Below, piece by piece: positions 9,480 through 18,344 of a stretch of 64,000 nucleotides of DNA. The position numbers and the translations under genes are program-made. The notes under the pieces are model-generated. The model saw nothing but the letters and a program-made list of their open reading frames with translations, was not told where the DNA came from and did not search any database. Numbering within the stretch: the first letter of the stretch is position 1; every line of letters begins with the position of its first letter. The DNA is from Akkermansiaceae bacterium (lineage in GTDB: Bacteria > Verrucomicrobiota > Verrucomicrobiia > Verrucomicrobiales > Akkermansiaceae), in the NCBI GenBank assembly GCA_041739215.1, contig JBGSOI010000029.1:4820-68819 (forward strand). The letters run 5' to 3'.

Positions 9480-10916
9480 TCACGCAAGGGGCAACGCTAA
9501 CTTCGCCACCGTTCCGCCGTCGGCTGCGGGATTGAGAGTGATGGTGCCGCCGTGGAGGTCCGCAGTTTCCTTCACAAGTGTTAGACCGAGGCCGGTGCCT
9601 TTGCGCTTCGACGCATGATGGCGGAGTGAGTAGAAACGCTCGAAAATTTTTCCCTGAGCGTAGTCGGGCACGCCGGGGCCGTGGTCACGAATAGAGAGCA
9701 CGACCCATCCGTTCGTGCGCTCCACGGTGATTTCCACCGCCTGATCTCGCGGCGAGAAGTCGATGGCGTTTTCCAATAGATTCGTCACCGCAGCTCGCAG
9801 GATGAAGGCGTCTCCTTTGAGTAAAACAGGCTCACCGACGGAGGTTTGTTTGAAGTTCACACCTGCGATCTCCGCGAGGGGACGTGCCTGGTCGATGGCT
9901 CTGGCAACGATGGCGAGAAAGTCGATTTCCTCAGTCACCTCCAGACTGGCACGACCCTCGATGGCCGAGAGTTCTAGCAGCCGGTTGATCAGCCGCTCAC
10001 TGCGGGCGGTTTCCGCACGGATGTTTTCGAGGAAACGCTTGCGATCCGCGACAGGCATTTCCTCATCTAGCAGCTCGGCCGCGCCACGGATGGCGGCAAG
10101 CGGACTTTTCATCTCATGCGTTAGAGTCTGGATGTATCGCTCGGCGTACCGGCGTCCTTCGAGGACATCGCGCATCGAGTCGAGCGCGTGGGCCAGCGTA
10201 TTCACCTCTCGCCCGATGCCGATCTTGGGCTTAGCCGGACGCTCGCCCCGCTCGATGGCGCGGGCATATTCAGTGATTTTCCCGATAGGATGGAAGAGCC
10301 ACAGAAACACCACGGCGATGAGGAACAAGATTCCTCCGCCGATGAGGCCGCAGGCGATGTAGATGATGCGCCTGCGTTCACGCACCAAAGGCAGGACATC
10401 TGCTTGAGGCTTGAAAACCGTTAGCACGCCATCGGGCTTGGCGGGATCGCCCACCGGCGCGGCGACGTAAAGAACCGAGGTGGTCGAGTCATTTTCAATA
10501 TCTCTGCTACTGCGCGCTCCGTAGCTACCGGACAAGGTCTTTGAAACATCCCGCATGGCGGAAAAATCCTTGCCCTCGCGCCGCCCGGAATCGGAGTCGA
10601 AAAGGACGCGGCCTTTCGAGTCAGTTAGATAGGCGTGGATGCCGACGTTGAGCTTCATGTGCTCGAAGATCTTTGCCCGCATCTCCCGGCGGTGAGCACC
10701 CTCGAACGCCTCGCGGAGACTGGCGGCGTTGAATTCATTTTCCCGGACATCATCGGCGACGACCTCGGCCAGCAAGTTCGCCACGTCCACCATCACTTCC
10801 TCGGTGGCTTGGAAAGTCTGCGGCTCGACCTCGGCGAGGAAATGGCGGGCAAGCTGATAGAAGCCGAGCGTGATGATGAACGCGATGAAGAAGAGAGTGA
10901 CCCGGGTGAAGCGCAT
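9480..10916 (-). CDS. creC: two-component sensor histidine kinase CreC
   Basis: Two TM helices, periplasmic YGARSSR...SVLYVAAP (CreC-like), HAMP domain, TLTHEMKSPLAAIRGAAELL H-box, NLLENAIDFSP, GTGLGL. Confidence 0.88.
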   Translation of the reverse strand: MRFTRVTLFFIAFIITLGFYQLARHFLAEVEPQTFQATEEVMVDVANLLAEVVADDVRENEFNAASLREAFEGAHRREMRAKIFEHMKLNVGIHAYLTDSKGRVLFDSDSGRREGKDFSAMRDVSKTLSGSYGARSSRDIENDSTTSVLYVAAPVGDPAKPDGVLTVFKPQADVLPLVRERRRIIYIACGLIGGGILFLIAVVFLWLFHPIGKITEYARAIERGERPAKPKIGIGREVNTLAHALDSMRDVLEGRRYAERYIQTLTHEMKSPLAAIRGAAELLDEEMPVADRKRFLENIRAETARSERLINRLLELSAIEGRASLEVTEEIDFLAIVARAIDQARPLAEIAGVNFKQTSVGEPVLLKGDAFILRAAVTNLLENAIDFSPRDQAVEITVERTNGWVVLSIRDHGPGVPDYAQGKIFERFYSLRHHASKRKGTGLGLTLVKETADLHGGTITLNPAADGGTVAKLALPLA

Positions 10917-10920
10917 GAGT

Positions 10921-11607
10921 TCAAACTGATAACAAATAGCCCAAACCACGGCGCGTCTGGATCAAGTCTTCGGCACCCGCCCTGACGAGACGCAGCTTGG
11001 CGCGGAGGGACTTGATGTGGGCGTCGATGGTCCTATCCGTGACAGAGCCGGGATCCTGCCATGCGTGATCGAGCAATTGGTCACGGGTAAAGACGCGGCC
11101 CGGTTTCTCCAGCAGGACGAGTAGCAGCTTGTATTCATGAGCCGTCAGGTCGAGCAGCTCGCCGTGACAGTGAATACGCATGGCGGAGGTGTCATGATAG
11201 AGAATTTTCCCGCACCCTTGCGCAGACTCTAACTGCGGCGCAAGCGGCTGTGAGCGACGCAAGATGGCGCGGACGCGAGCGACGATTTCACGCGGAGAGA
11301 ATGGCTTGGTCACATAGTCGTCGCCACCGAGTTCAAGGCCGAGGATGCGGTCCACCTCGGCATCACGGGCGGTTAGAAAGAGCACCGGGATCGCCGATAT
11401 GGCACGAAGACGTTGGCAAACATCGAGTCCGGTGATGTCAGGCAGGCCAATGTCGAGAATGGCGAAATCAAACTTCTCGCGCCCCGCGGCGGCGAGCGCA
11501 TCTGCTCCGGTGAGGGCGTGAGTGACATCGAAACACTCCGTTTCCAAAGCATAAACGAGCGTATCGGCAATCGCCGGTTCATCTTCTACCAAAAGGACGT
11601 GGGGCAT
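10921..11607 (-). CDS. creB: two-component response regulator CreB (OmpR family)
   Basis: VEDEPAIADTLVYAL, LDIGLPD, DDYVTKPFSPRE, DRTIDAHIKSLRAKL, TRRGLGY; adjacent to creC. Confidence 0.88.
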   Translation of the reverse strand: MPHVLLVEDEPAIADTLVYALETECFDVTHALTGADALAAAGREKFDFAILDIGLPDITGLDVCQRLRAISAIPVLFLTARDAEVDRILGLELGGDDYVTKPFSPREIVARVRAILRRSQPLAPQLESAQGCGKILYHDTSAMRIHCHGELLDLTAHEYKLLLVLLEKPGRVFTRDQLLDHAWQDPGSVTDRTIDAHIKSLRAKLRLVRAGAEDLIQTRRGLGYLLSV

Positions 11608-11629
11608 TCTTGGATTTCATCTCCTGTCG

Positions 11630-11656
11630 GTGAAATGCCAATGAAGAAAGCGTGAA
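11630..11656 (-). promoter_or_regulatory. triple cre-tag-like direct repeat upstream of creB
   Basis: Minus strand reads TTCAC-GCTTTC-TTCAT-TGGCAT-TTCAC (11-bp period), matching the TTCACn6TTCAC cre tag. Confidence 0.65.
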
Positions 11657-11754
11657 ATTTCGCCGGGTCATCTCACTGCTTGAGACCGGGCAGCCGCCCA
11701 CAAGGTTTCTCGGCTTGTCGCACCCATGAAACAACCCATGGTCCCAGCCGCGCC

Positions 11755-12708
11755 ATGCCAGTCTTTTTTCTCATCCTCACCTGTGTGTTGTGGGCCATCA
11801 GTTTCCCCATCGTAAAAGCCCTTCATCTGGAGCAAACTGCTAGAATCCCTGAAGCTTCGAGCCAATTTCTCGCTTCATGGCTGCAGGTCGCACGCTTTGG
11901 ACTTGGAGCCGCCATGATGCTTCCATTTCTCAATCTCCGGCGGCGACCGAGTCAAAATGAAATCCAGCAGGGGCTCACTCTTGCGTTCTGGGGTGGAATT
12001 GGAATTTGCCTTCAGGCTGACGCGCTCGCCCATACCGAGGCATCGACATCCGCATTTCTCACTCAAGCTTACTGCATTTTCCTGCCGTTGATCGCCTGCA
12101 TCAAGATGCGGCAAGCGCCGAGAGCCAGAGTCGTCGCGGCAACCCTGATGGTGCTGACAGGAGGTGCTGTTCTATCAGGCCTGCGCCCGGACAACCTTCG
12201 CCTCGGTCGGGGTGAAATCGAAACTCTTGTCGCTACGGTTTTCTTCACCTTCCAGATTCTCGCACTGGAAAACCCAAAGTATGAAGGGAACCGGGCATCA
12301 GTTGTCACATTCATCATGTTTTCAGGAATCGCCCTTCTCTTCATACCCGTGACCGTCTTTGCCGCGCCGAATCTAGCAGCTTGTTGGACTGCGGGTGCGT
12401 CACTTCCGGCAAGTCTTCTCGTTGGATGCCTGGCCCTTGTCTGTTCGGTCGGAGGCTATCAGCTCATGATTTACTGGCAGCCACGGGTGTCAGCGACGGA
12501 AGCAGGACTCATTTACACGACCGAGCCGGTCTTCACCGCGCTCTTCGTCCTGTTTCTTCCAGCCCTGCTCGGAAAATTGATTCACGGAAGCTACCCCAAT
12601 GAAACCTTGTCCGCCTCGCTCCTAACAGGCGGTGCCCTCATTCTCGCGGCCAACATACTGATGCAGTGGAAGCGCCCGCCGCACTTGCCGGCGGCGGGAC
12701 CGGTGTGA
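11755..12708 (+). CDS. DMT/EamA family transporter
   Basis: About ten TM segments, LWAISFPIVK, STSAFLT, GEIETL, SATEAGLIYTTEPVFTALF. Confidence 0.85.
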   Translation: MPVFFLILTCVLWAISFPIVKALHLEQTARIPEASSQFLASWLQVARFGLGAAMMLPFLNLRRRPSQNEIQQGLTLAFWGGIGICLQADALAHTEASTSAFLTQAYCIFLPLIACIKMRQAPRARVVAATLMVLTGGAVLSGLRPDNLRLGRGEIETLVATVFFTFQILALENPKYEGNRASVVTFIMFSGIALLFIPVTVFAAPNLAACWTAGASLPASLLVGCLALVCSVGGYQLMIYWQPRVSATEAGLIYTTEPVFTALFVLFLPALLGKLIHGSYPNETLSASLLTGGALILAANILMQWKRPPHLPAAGPV

Positions 12709-12715
12709 GTGCCGC

Positions 12716-13033
12716 TCACTCGAAATCAAACGACTTCGAGCGGGTGGGCAGCAGTTTGAAACGACCGCCGTTCATTTGCCGGATGGGATCGAAGACCGAG
12801 TCCATGCCGACGGATTTGATCTCGCAGACTTGCGCCATCAACTCGCCGAGGCGGCCTTTGGGGAAGCCGCGCTCGAGAAACCAGCAGAGATATTCCATGG
12901 GCAGATCCATGATCGGAACCCCGGCTGGCGGATAGGTTTTGATGCCGAATTTTCCGAACGGAATGCGGGTTTTACCGATCTCGATGAGCAAGCTGCGGAA
13001 GTCGTCACGGTCGATCTCGGTGAAGTCGGCCAT
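12716..13033 (-). CDS. DUF3820-family protein
   Basis: RIPFGKF...IMDLPMEYLCWFLERGFPKGRLGELM...EIKSVG pattern. Confidence 0.75.
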   Translation of the reverse strand: MADFTEIDRDDFRSLLIEIGKTRIPFGKFGIKTYPPAGVPIMDLPMEYLCWFLERGFPKGRLGELMAQVCEIKSVGMDSVFDPIRQMNGGRFKLLPTRSKSFDFE

Positions 13034-13046
13034 GGGACGGCTGCTG

Positions 13047-13835
13047 CTAGAAATTCTGCGCGGTGGCCGTCTTGGGCGAATTTGCCTTGAGTGCGCCTTC
13101 GGTCTGACTTTTGAACCAAGTGGTGTATTGGTCTGTTGGAATCACTTCCATCGTGCCGACCATGTTGGCATGGCCTTCGCCACAGAGCTGGCCGCAAATC
13201 ACGTAGGTTTCCAGAGTTTTGACCGGAGTGAACCACATTGGGATTTCGCGTCCGGGGATGGCGTCTTGTTGGATGCGCATGGGGACGATGCTGTAGTTGT
13301 GAATCACGTCCTTGGTGCCGATGTTGAGAACGACAGGCTCGTTCACGGGGAGCTTGAGAATGGGACTGGTGAAATCATCAAGGGCGTTCGGATCGGTGTA
13401 GTCGATGCCAAGGTCGTTGCTGCCAGAGATCAAATTAGGATCGACGCGACCAAATTTGTTATCGGCACCGGGATAGTGATAGGTCCATCCGAACTGCCAG
13501 CCAACGACACGGACGCGGTTGGGGTTCAGATTTTGAACGGCTTTCCAACTGTCCACCCGTTCTGCCCAGAGCGGGAAAGCGAACCCGAGGAGCAACACGG
13601 CTTCTACGATGATGACACCAACTTCGAGGTGGCTGGAGAGGTGGCTTCTCACGCCTTCATAAGAGGCTTTCGGATGGTTCTTATGCCAGAAGCGGACGAT
13701 GCAGTAGAAGAAGAACAGGGTCCAACCGACGAAGAGAGCGATCATGAACCAGTGAACCACGTCCATCATGTGATCGACCTGGCCGCCGTGGGCGGAGTAA
13801 TTTTCCGGGATACCTAGAAATTTGGAAGGACTCAT
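13047..13835 (-). CDS. coxB: cytochrome c oxidase subunit II (CuA)
   Basis: Two TMs, GWQFGWTYHY, KDVIHN, QDAIPG, CGQLCGEGHANM CuA motif; no fused cytochrome c domain. Confidence 0.92.
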   Translation of the reverse strand: MSPSKFLGIPENYSAHGGQVDHMMDVVHWFMIALFVGWTLFFFYCIVRFWHKNHPKASYEGVRSHLSSHLEVGVIIVEAVLLLGFAFPLWAERVDSWKAVQNLNPNRVRVVGWQFGWTYHYPGADNKFGRVDPNLISGSNDLGIDYTDPNALDDFTSPILKLPVNEPVVLNIGTKDVIHNYSIVPMRIQQDAIPGREIPMWFTPVKTLETYVICGQLCGEGHANMVGTMEVIPTDQYTTWFKSQTEGALKANSPKTATAQNF

Positions 13836-13865
13836 TGGGTGAAAGTTTGAATCAAGAAAACGGGA

Positions 13866-14087
13866 TCAGTTAGAAGATCCGGGAGCGATGTAGTCGTCGG
13901 ACAAGCTGGGATCGAAATGCTCTTTTTCGCGGCGGGCGATGCGGAACATGAAGAAGGTGATGCCTCCGAGCATCGCGACAATCACGATCAGGAGGAAAAA
14001 GATGGAGTAGCCTGCGGCATCGCCACCGCCGACAATCATGGATTCGCGGCAGGTCGAGCAGGCGAGGAAAAGAGATGAAGAGTTCAT
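13866..14087 (-). CDS. small membrane protein in the oxidase cluster (N-terminal CxxC)
   Basis: 73 aa, LACSTC followed by one TM helix; co-oriented and tightly packed with its neighbours. Confidence 0.6.
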   Translation of the reverse strand: MNSSSLFLACSTCRESMIVGGGDAAGYSIFFLLIVIVAMLGGITFFMFRIARREKEHFDPSLSDDYIAPGSSN

Positions 14088-14094
14088 GAGAAAA

Positions 14095-14295
14095 TCAAAT
14101 GTGTGCGCGGGTGATCTTGCGATAAAAGAGAACGCCGTAGGTGGGCATCACGAGCGAGCCGAACACACCGACGCAGCCGATGATGAGCGTAGATGTGCCT
14201 TTATCCGGCGCGAGTAGCCATGCCCACAACGCCATGAACAGGCAGAGAAAGGTGCTGACTGTTACGAAAACGAAATGGAAACCTTTGAGAGACAT
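14095..14295 (-). CDS. small two-TM protein in the oxidase cluster
   Basis: MSLKGFHFVFV... 66 aa with two hydrophobic helices; start taken at ATG14295. Confidence 0.6.
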   Translation of the reverse strand: MSLKGFHFVFVTVSTFLCLFMALWAWLLAPDKGTSTLIIGCVGVFGSLVMPTYGVLFYRKITRAHI

Positions 14296-14314
14296 GGCGG
14301 TGGATGGTTGAGAT

Positions 14315-14695
14315 CTAACGGAGCGACGGCGAAACGAGGATGGGCGGAGTTTTGGATTCTTTGCCGTAAAACAAAGGATCGTGGATGGGATCAAAAATCG
14401 CGAGGGCGGTAAGAAATGCAAGGCTGCAAACCATGCAAAGGCCGGATGCGAATAACCAATAGACGGCTTTTTTCTCGTGATTCAAGTGCATGAAAATGAA
14501 GGCGACGAGTGAGGCTTTCACGGTGGCAATGAGTAGGCCGAGGATGCAGTCCATGGCATCGAAGCCGTGTCTGCCGACGTCAAGCCATGGGACGGTAGCG
14601 ACCAGCACGGTGACGATGGTTCCGAGGAAGAGGATGCCGCCGACGAACAGGTAGGTGCGGACGGATTTCTTGATAGCTTCTGGGGTGTCGGCCAT
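14315..14695 (-). CDS. cytochrome c oxidase subunit IV family protein
   Basis: LLIATVKASLVAFIFMHL motif, three TMs. Confidence 0.88.
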   Translation of the reverse strand: MADTPEAIKKSVRTYLFVGGILFLGTIVTVLVATVPWLDVGRHGFDAMDCILGLLIATVKASLVAFIFMHLNHEKKAVYWLFASGLCMVCSLAFLTALAIFDPIHDPLFYGKESKTPPILVSPSLR

Positions 14696-14742
14696 ATGAG
14701 CGGAGAGGTGGGAGCAAAGAGCGGAGCGTTTGAAGTTAGAAA

Positions 14743-16389
14743 TTACATCAAATAGAGGATCGGGAAGACGAAGATCCAGACGAGGTCAACGAAGTGCCAG
14801 AAGAGGCCGCCGATTTCGACTCGGTTGGCGAGCCACTCGGGGTTGGTTTCATACATTTTGCGACCAAAGAAGAGGTAGTAGGCGAGGACCAGTGCGCCAC
14901 CGATGACGTGGAGGCCGTGGAGTCCGGTGATGGTGAAGTAGATGGCGTAGTAGGTGTTCCATGCGGGAGTGAACTTGGCGGCGAAGCCGACTTGCTCACG
15001 CGGAAGCTCCATGTGGGGGAAGGTTTCGTTGCCACGGGCGTCGTAGTTCGGGCCGAAGAATTGCTCTTTGGACGAGTCCATGAAGGAGAGTTTGGCGCGG
15101 CCTTTGTCCTCGGCCATTTTGGCGAAATCCTGCCAGCCCATGCGGTAGAGTTCTTTGTGGGTGGGAACGCGCTTGGGGTTGCCGTTCTTGTCGAGCTTGT
15201 AGTCTTTGATGAGCTGTTCCTTGAGCTTGGCAATCTCGCCTTGATGCCATGTCCATGCGTCGCGGACGAAGGCGTTGTTTTTCATCAGCCAGGAGTTCGC
15301 GATGGCGACATCGGGGGCGATGCCTTTTTCCTCGGCCTTCATGACGAGGTGTTGGAAGTCGATGGCATCGACGTTGTGGAAACCCATCGGGCTATCTAGC
15401 AGCTTGCCGGTGATGGCGGTGTCGTCGCGGAGGACGGATTGGCCATCGGACTCTTTGATGTCGCGCGGGTGGAAATCAAACTTGGTGGTCGGCTCGACGT
15501 TGAAGGCGACGTTGGGGATTTCAGTCAAGAGTCGCGGCTCAAGCGCCTTCATGTCGATGTTGACGCTGGATGCATACTGCCAATTGCTTTTACCCGCGTT
15601 TGCAGGATCGGCCTTGGCTTTTTTCCACTCGGCGCGGAGGGCTTCGGTGCGATAGGCGGAGTTGTGAGCGGCGGCGGCGAGGTGAGTTTTCTGGACGCGC
15701 TTGAGGAGATCGACCGTGAGTGGATCGCCCGCTTTGGCGAGAGTTTCGGGTGCTTGTTTTTCCTTCGTGACGGCGGTGAGATCGGCGGCGAGGGTGATTT
15801 TGGAGTTGTGATGTCCGGCTTGGAGCAGCATTTCCTCGATCCATGGCGCGTGGAAGCGGCGGGTGTTGAAGGCGAGCTTGGAGGCTTCGATGAAAATCAG
15901 GTTTTCCTCGATTTTCTTGCCGTAGTGGTCGAGGGCGTAATCATCTGCTTTCGGATGATGCTTGTCGGCGCTTTCTTTCAACTCATAGCCGAGGTGTCCT
16001 TCGACGACTGAGTAGTCTTTCAAGCGGACGGCTTGGTGATGAAATTTCACGTTGTACTCGATGGCTTTGAGCACCATGAATATCAAGGCGCAGAAGACGG
16101 TGATGCCCATGAAGAGCTGGAATTTCCGCCAGTCGCGAAGCTTGAGCGACGCCCAGGCGAAAACGACGGTGACGGATGAGCCGATGAGGACGAAGGTGTT
16201 GATCAGACCTGGAAGCACGGGCAGAGTCCGCTCCGGCCATGGGTAATCGGCACCGAGTCTGAGGAAGACGTAGGCCGAGAAGAAGCCGCCGAAGAGCATG
16301 ACTTCGGAGGCAAGGAACAGCCAGATCGCGATCTTCGAGTTGAAGAGGCCGGTGTCCTTGCGAGGAGTGACGACGTAGGGAATTTCCAT
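14743..16389 (-). CDS. coxC: cytochrome c oxidase subunit III with a large internal insertion
   Basis: WLFLASEVMLFGGFF, NTFVLIGSSVT, YFTITGLHGLHV, GLFWHFVDLVWIFVFP. Confidence 0.9.
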   Translation of the reverse strand: MEIPYVVTPRKDTGLFNSKIAIWLFLASEVMLFGGFFSAYVFLRLGADYPWPERTLPVLPGLINTFVLIGSSVTVVFAWASLKLRDWRKFQLFMGITVFCALIFMVLKAIEYNVKFHHQAVRLKDYSVVEGHLGYELKESADKHHPKADDYALDHYGKKIEENLIFIEASKLAFNTRRFHAPWIEEMLLQAGHHNSKITLAADLTAVTKEKQAPETLAKAGDPLTVDLLKRVQKTHLAAAAHNSAYRTEALRAEWKKAKADPANAGKSNWQYASSVNIDMKALEPRLLTEIPNVAFNVEPTTKFDFHPRDIKESDGQSVLRDDTAITGKLLDSPMGFHNVDAIDFQHLVMKAEEKGIAPDVAIANSWLMKNNAFVRDAWTWHQGEIAKLKEQLIKDYKLDKNGNPKRVPTHKELYRMGWQDFAKMAEDKGRAKLSFMDSSKEQFFGPNYDARGNETFPHMELPREQVGFAAKFTPAWNTYYAIYFTITGLHGLHVIGGALVLAYYLFFGRKMYETNPEWLANRVEIGGLFWHFVDLVWIFVFPILYLM

Positions 16390-16431
16390 GTGAGAAAGGG
16401 AGACGAGTTGGGTGGCTGGCCGGGGTGGGAG

Positions 16432-18312
16432 TTAGTGCTTGGCCGAGGTTTTTTCCGGCGTTTCGGCATGTTTCGGCTCGATCCACTGAGGAAGGAAATC
16501 TTCGTCGCAACCAGGACGGCTGTATTCGTAGGGGCCGCGATAGGTGACGGGATCTTTGAGGAAATTTCCATGACCCGGAGGCGTCGGCGTGGCCCATTCG
16601 AGCGTGGTGGCATCCCATGGATTGTCGCTGGTGACTTTTTTCCCGACCTTCCAAGAGATGAAGAGGTTGATGATGAACGGGATTTGGAACAGCGCGAGGG
16701 TCCATGCGCCCATCGACATCCAGATGTTCATGTCGATAAACTCGGCGACGGTATTGCCGAAGACGTTGACGCTGTCTGCGGCGCGGGAGAGGTAGGCGTC
16801 GCCGCCATTATACCAACGGCGATGGAAGCCCGCCATGCCTTGCACCAGCATCGGAAAGAAGATGATGTTCATGCAGATCAGGCTGGGCCAGAAATGCAGG
16901 TGGTTGAGCTTGCTGCTCATGAATCGGCCGGTGATTTTCGGATACCAGTGGAGCACGCCCGCGAAGAAGCCGAAGAGGATGCCGGGCGCGACGACGTAGT
17001 GGAAATGGCCGATCACATAGTAGGTATCGTGCAGGTGCAGGTCGGCGAGATTGAATGCGAGCGGCAGACCGGTCAGACCACCGATGCCGAACATCGGGAT
17101 GAAAGCGCAGGCCCACATCATCGGCGGGGTGAAACGGATGGAGCCGCCCCACAGCGAGATGAGCATGGCGGTGATGATGACCACCGACGGCACCGAGATC
17201 AGCACGGTCGTGGTTTGGAAAAAGGTGGAAACAGCGGCGCCCATGCCGGTCATGTACATGTGGTGGGCCCAGACGATGAAGGAAAGGAAACCGAGAATGA
17301 TGACCGAATAGACCATCGACTTGTATCCCCAGAGCGGCTTGCGGGTGTTGACTGGAATGATTTCCGCCACACAGGCGAATGCTGGAAGTAACAGCACGTA
17401 GACTTCCGGGTGGCCAAGGAACCAGAACAAGTGCTGGAACAGCAGCGGCGAGCCACCACCTGATAGATCGGCAAGTCCTTCACTTTTCGTGAAAAGGCCG
17501 GATGGCATGAAGAAGGACGAGTGACCGACTCGGTCCATCAACTGCATGATGCCTGCGGCTTCAAGTGGCGGGAATGCTAGAAGGAGAAGGAAAGCGGTGA
17601 CGAGCATCGCCCAGACGAAGAATGGCATTCGCATCCATGTCATGCCGCGGACGCGGAGGTTGATGATCGTGGTGATGAAATTCACCGAACCGAGAAGCGA
17701 CGAAGTGATGAGACAAACCAGGCCGATGAGCCACTGAGTCTGGCCCGCGAGCCACTGGTTGACGACTTGCCCGTCGGCAAATCCGGCGAGCGGTGAGTAG
17801 TTCGTCCAACCCGATTTCGCCGCACCGGATTCCATGAAAAACGAAGCGCACATGATGAGGCCACCGACCAGATAGATCCAGTAACTGGCCATGTTCAGGC
17901 GCGGGAACGCCATGTCGATGGCACCGATCTGAAGCGGTGTGACGTAGTTTCCGAATGCTCCGAACCCGAGCGGAACGATGCCGAGGAAGACCATGATGGT
18001 GCCGTGCATCGCGCCAAACATGTTATAGGTTTCTCCGGTGACTTTGCCGTCTTGGAGCCAGCGAGCTTTCCAACCGTCCGTGAAAATCCAGCTCATCCAT
18101 TCAGGCAGCGGTTGATGCGGATAGGCGATGCTCCAGCGCATGACCATCATCAGATAGAAACCGAAGGCGAGGAAGCACATGGCGGTGATGCCATATTGAA
18201 GGCCGATCATTTTGTGATCGGTGGAGAAAACGTATTTCGACCAGAACCCTTGAACGTGATGGTGGTCGTCGTGGGCGTGGTGGTCGTCGTGTGAGGTGGC
18301 GTGAGAGCTCAT
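16432..18312 (-). CDS. coxA: A-family haem-copper oxidase subunit I
   Basis: STDHKMIG, MHGTIMVF, DMAFPRLN, FWFLGHPEVY, VWAHHMY, HDTYYVIGHFHYV, RRWY; His-rich N-terminus. Confidence 0.95.
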   Translation of the reverse strand: MSSHATSHDDHHAHDDHHHVQGFWSKYVFSTDHKMIGLQYGITAMCFLAFGFYLMMVMRWSIAYPHQPLPEWMSWIFTDGWKARWLQDGKVTGETYNMFGAMHGTIMVFLGIVPLGFGAFGNYVTPLQIGAIDMAFPRLNMASYWIYLVGGLIMCASFFMESGAAKSGWTNYSPLAGFADGQVVNQWLAGQTQWLIGLVCLITSSLLGSVNFITTIINLRVRGMTWMRMPFFVWAMLVTAFLLLLAFPPLEAAGIMQLMDRVGHSSFFMPSGLFTKSEGLADLSGGGSPLLFQHLFWFLGHPEVYVLLLPAFACVAEIIPVNTRKPLWGYKSMVYSVIILGFLSFIVWAHHMYMTGMGAAVSTFFQTTTVLISVPSVVIITAMLISLWGGSIRFTPPMMWACAFIPMFGIGGLTGLPLAFNLADLHLHDTYYVIGHFHYVVAPGILFGFFAGVLHWYPKITGRFMSSKLNHLHFWPSLICMNIIFFPMLVQGMAGFHRRWYNGGDAYLSRAADSVNVFGNTVAEFIDMNIWMSMGAWTLALFQIPFIINLFISWKVGKKVTSDNPWDATTLEWATPTPPGHGNFLKDPVTYRGPYEYSRPGCDEDFLPQWIEPKHAETPEKTSAKH

Positions 18313-18344
18313 ATTTCCGGCGTGCGGCGTGGGTGAAATTGGAA

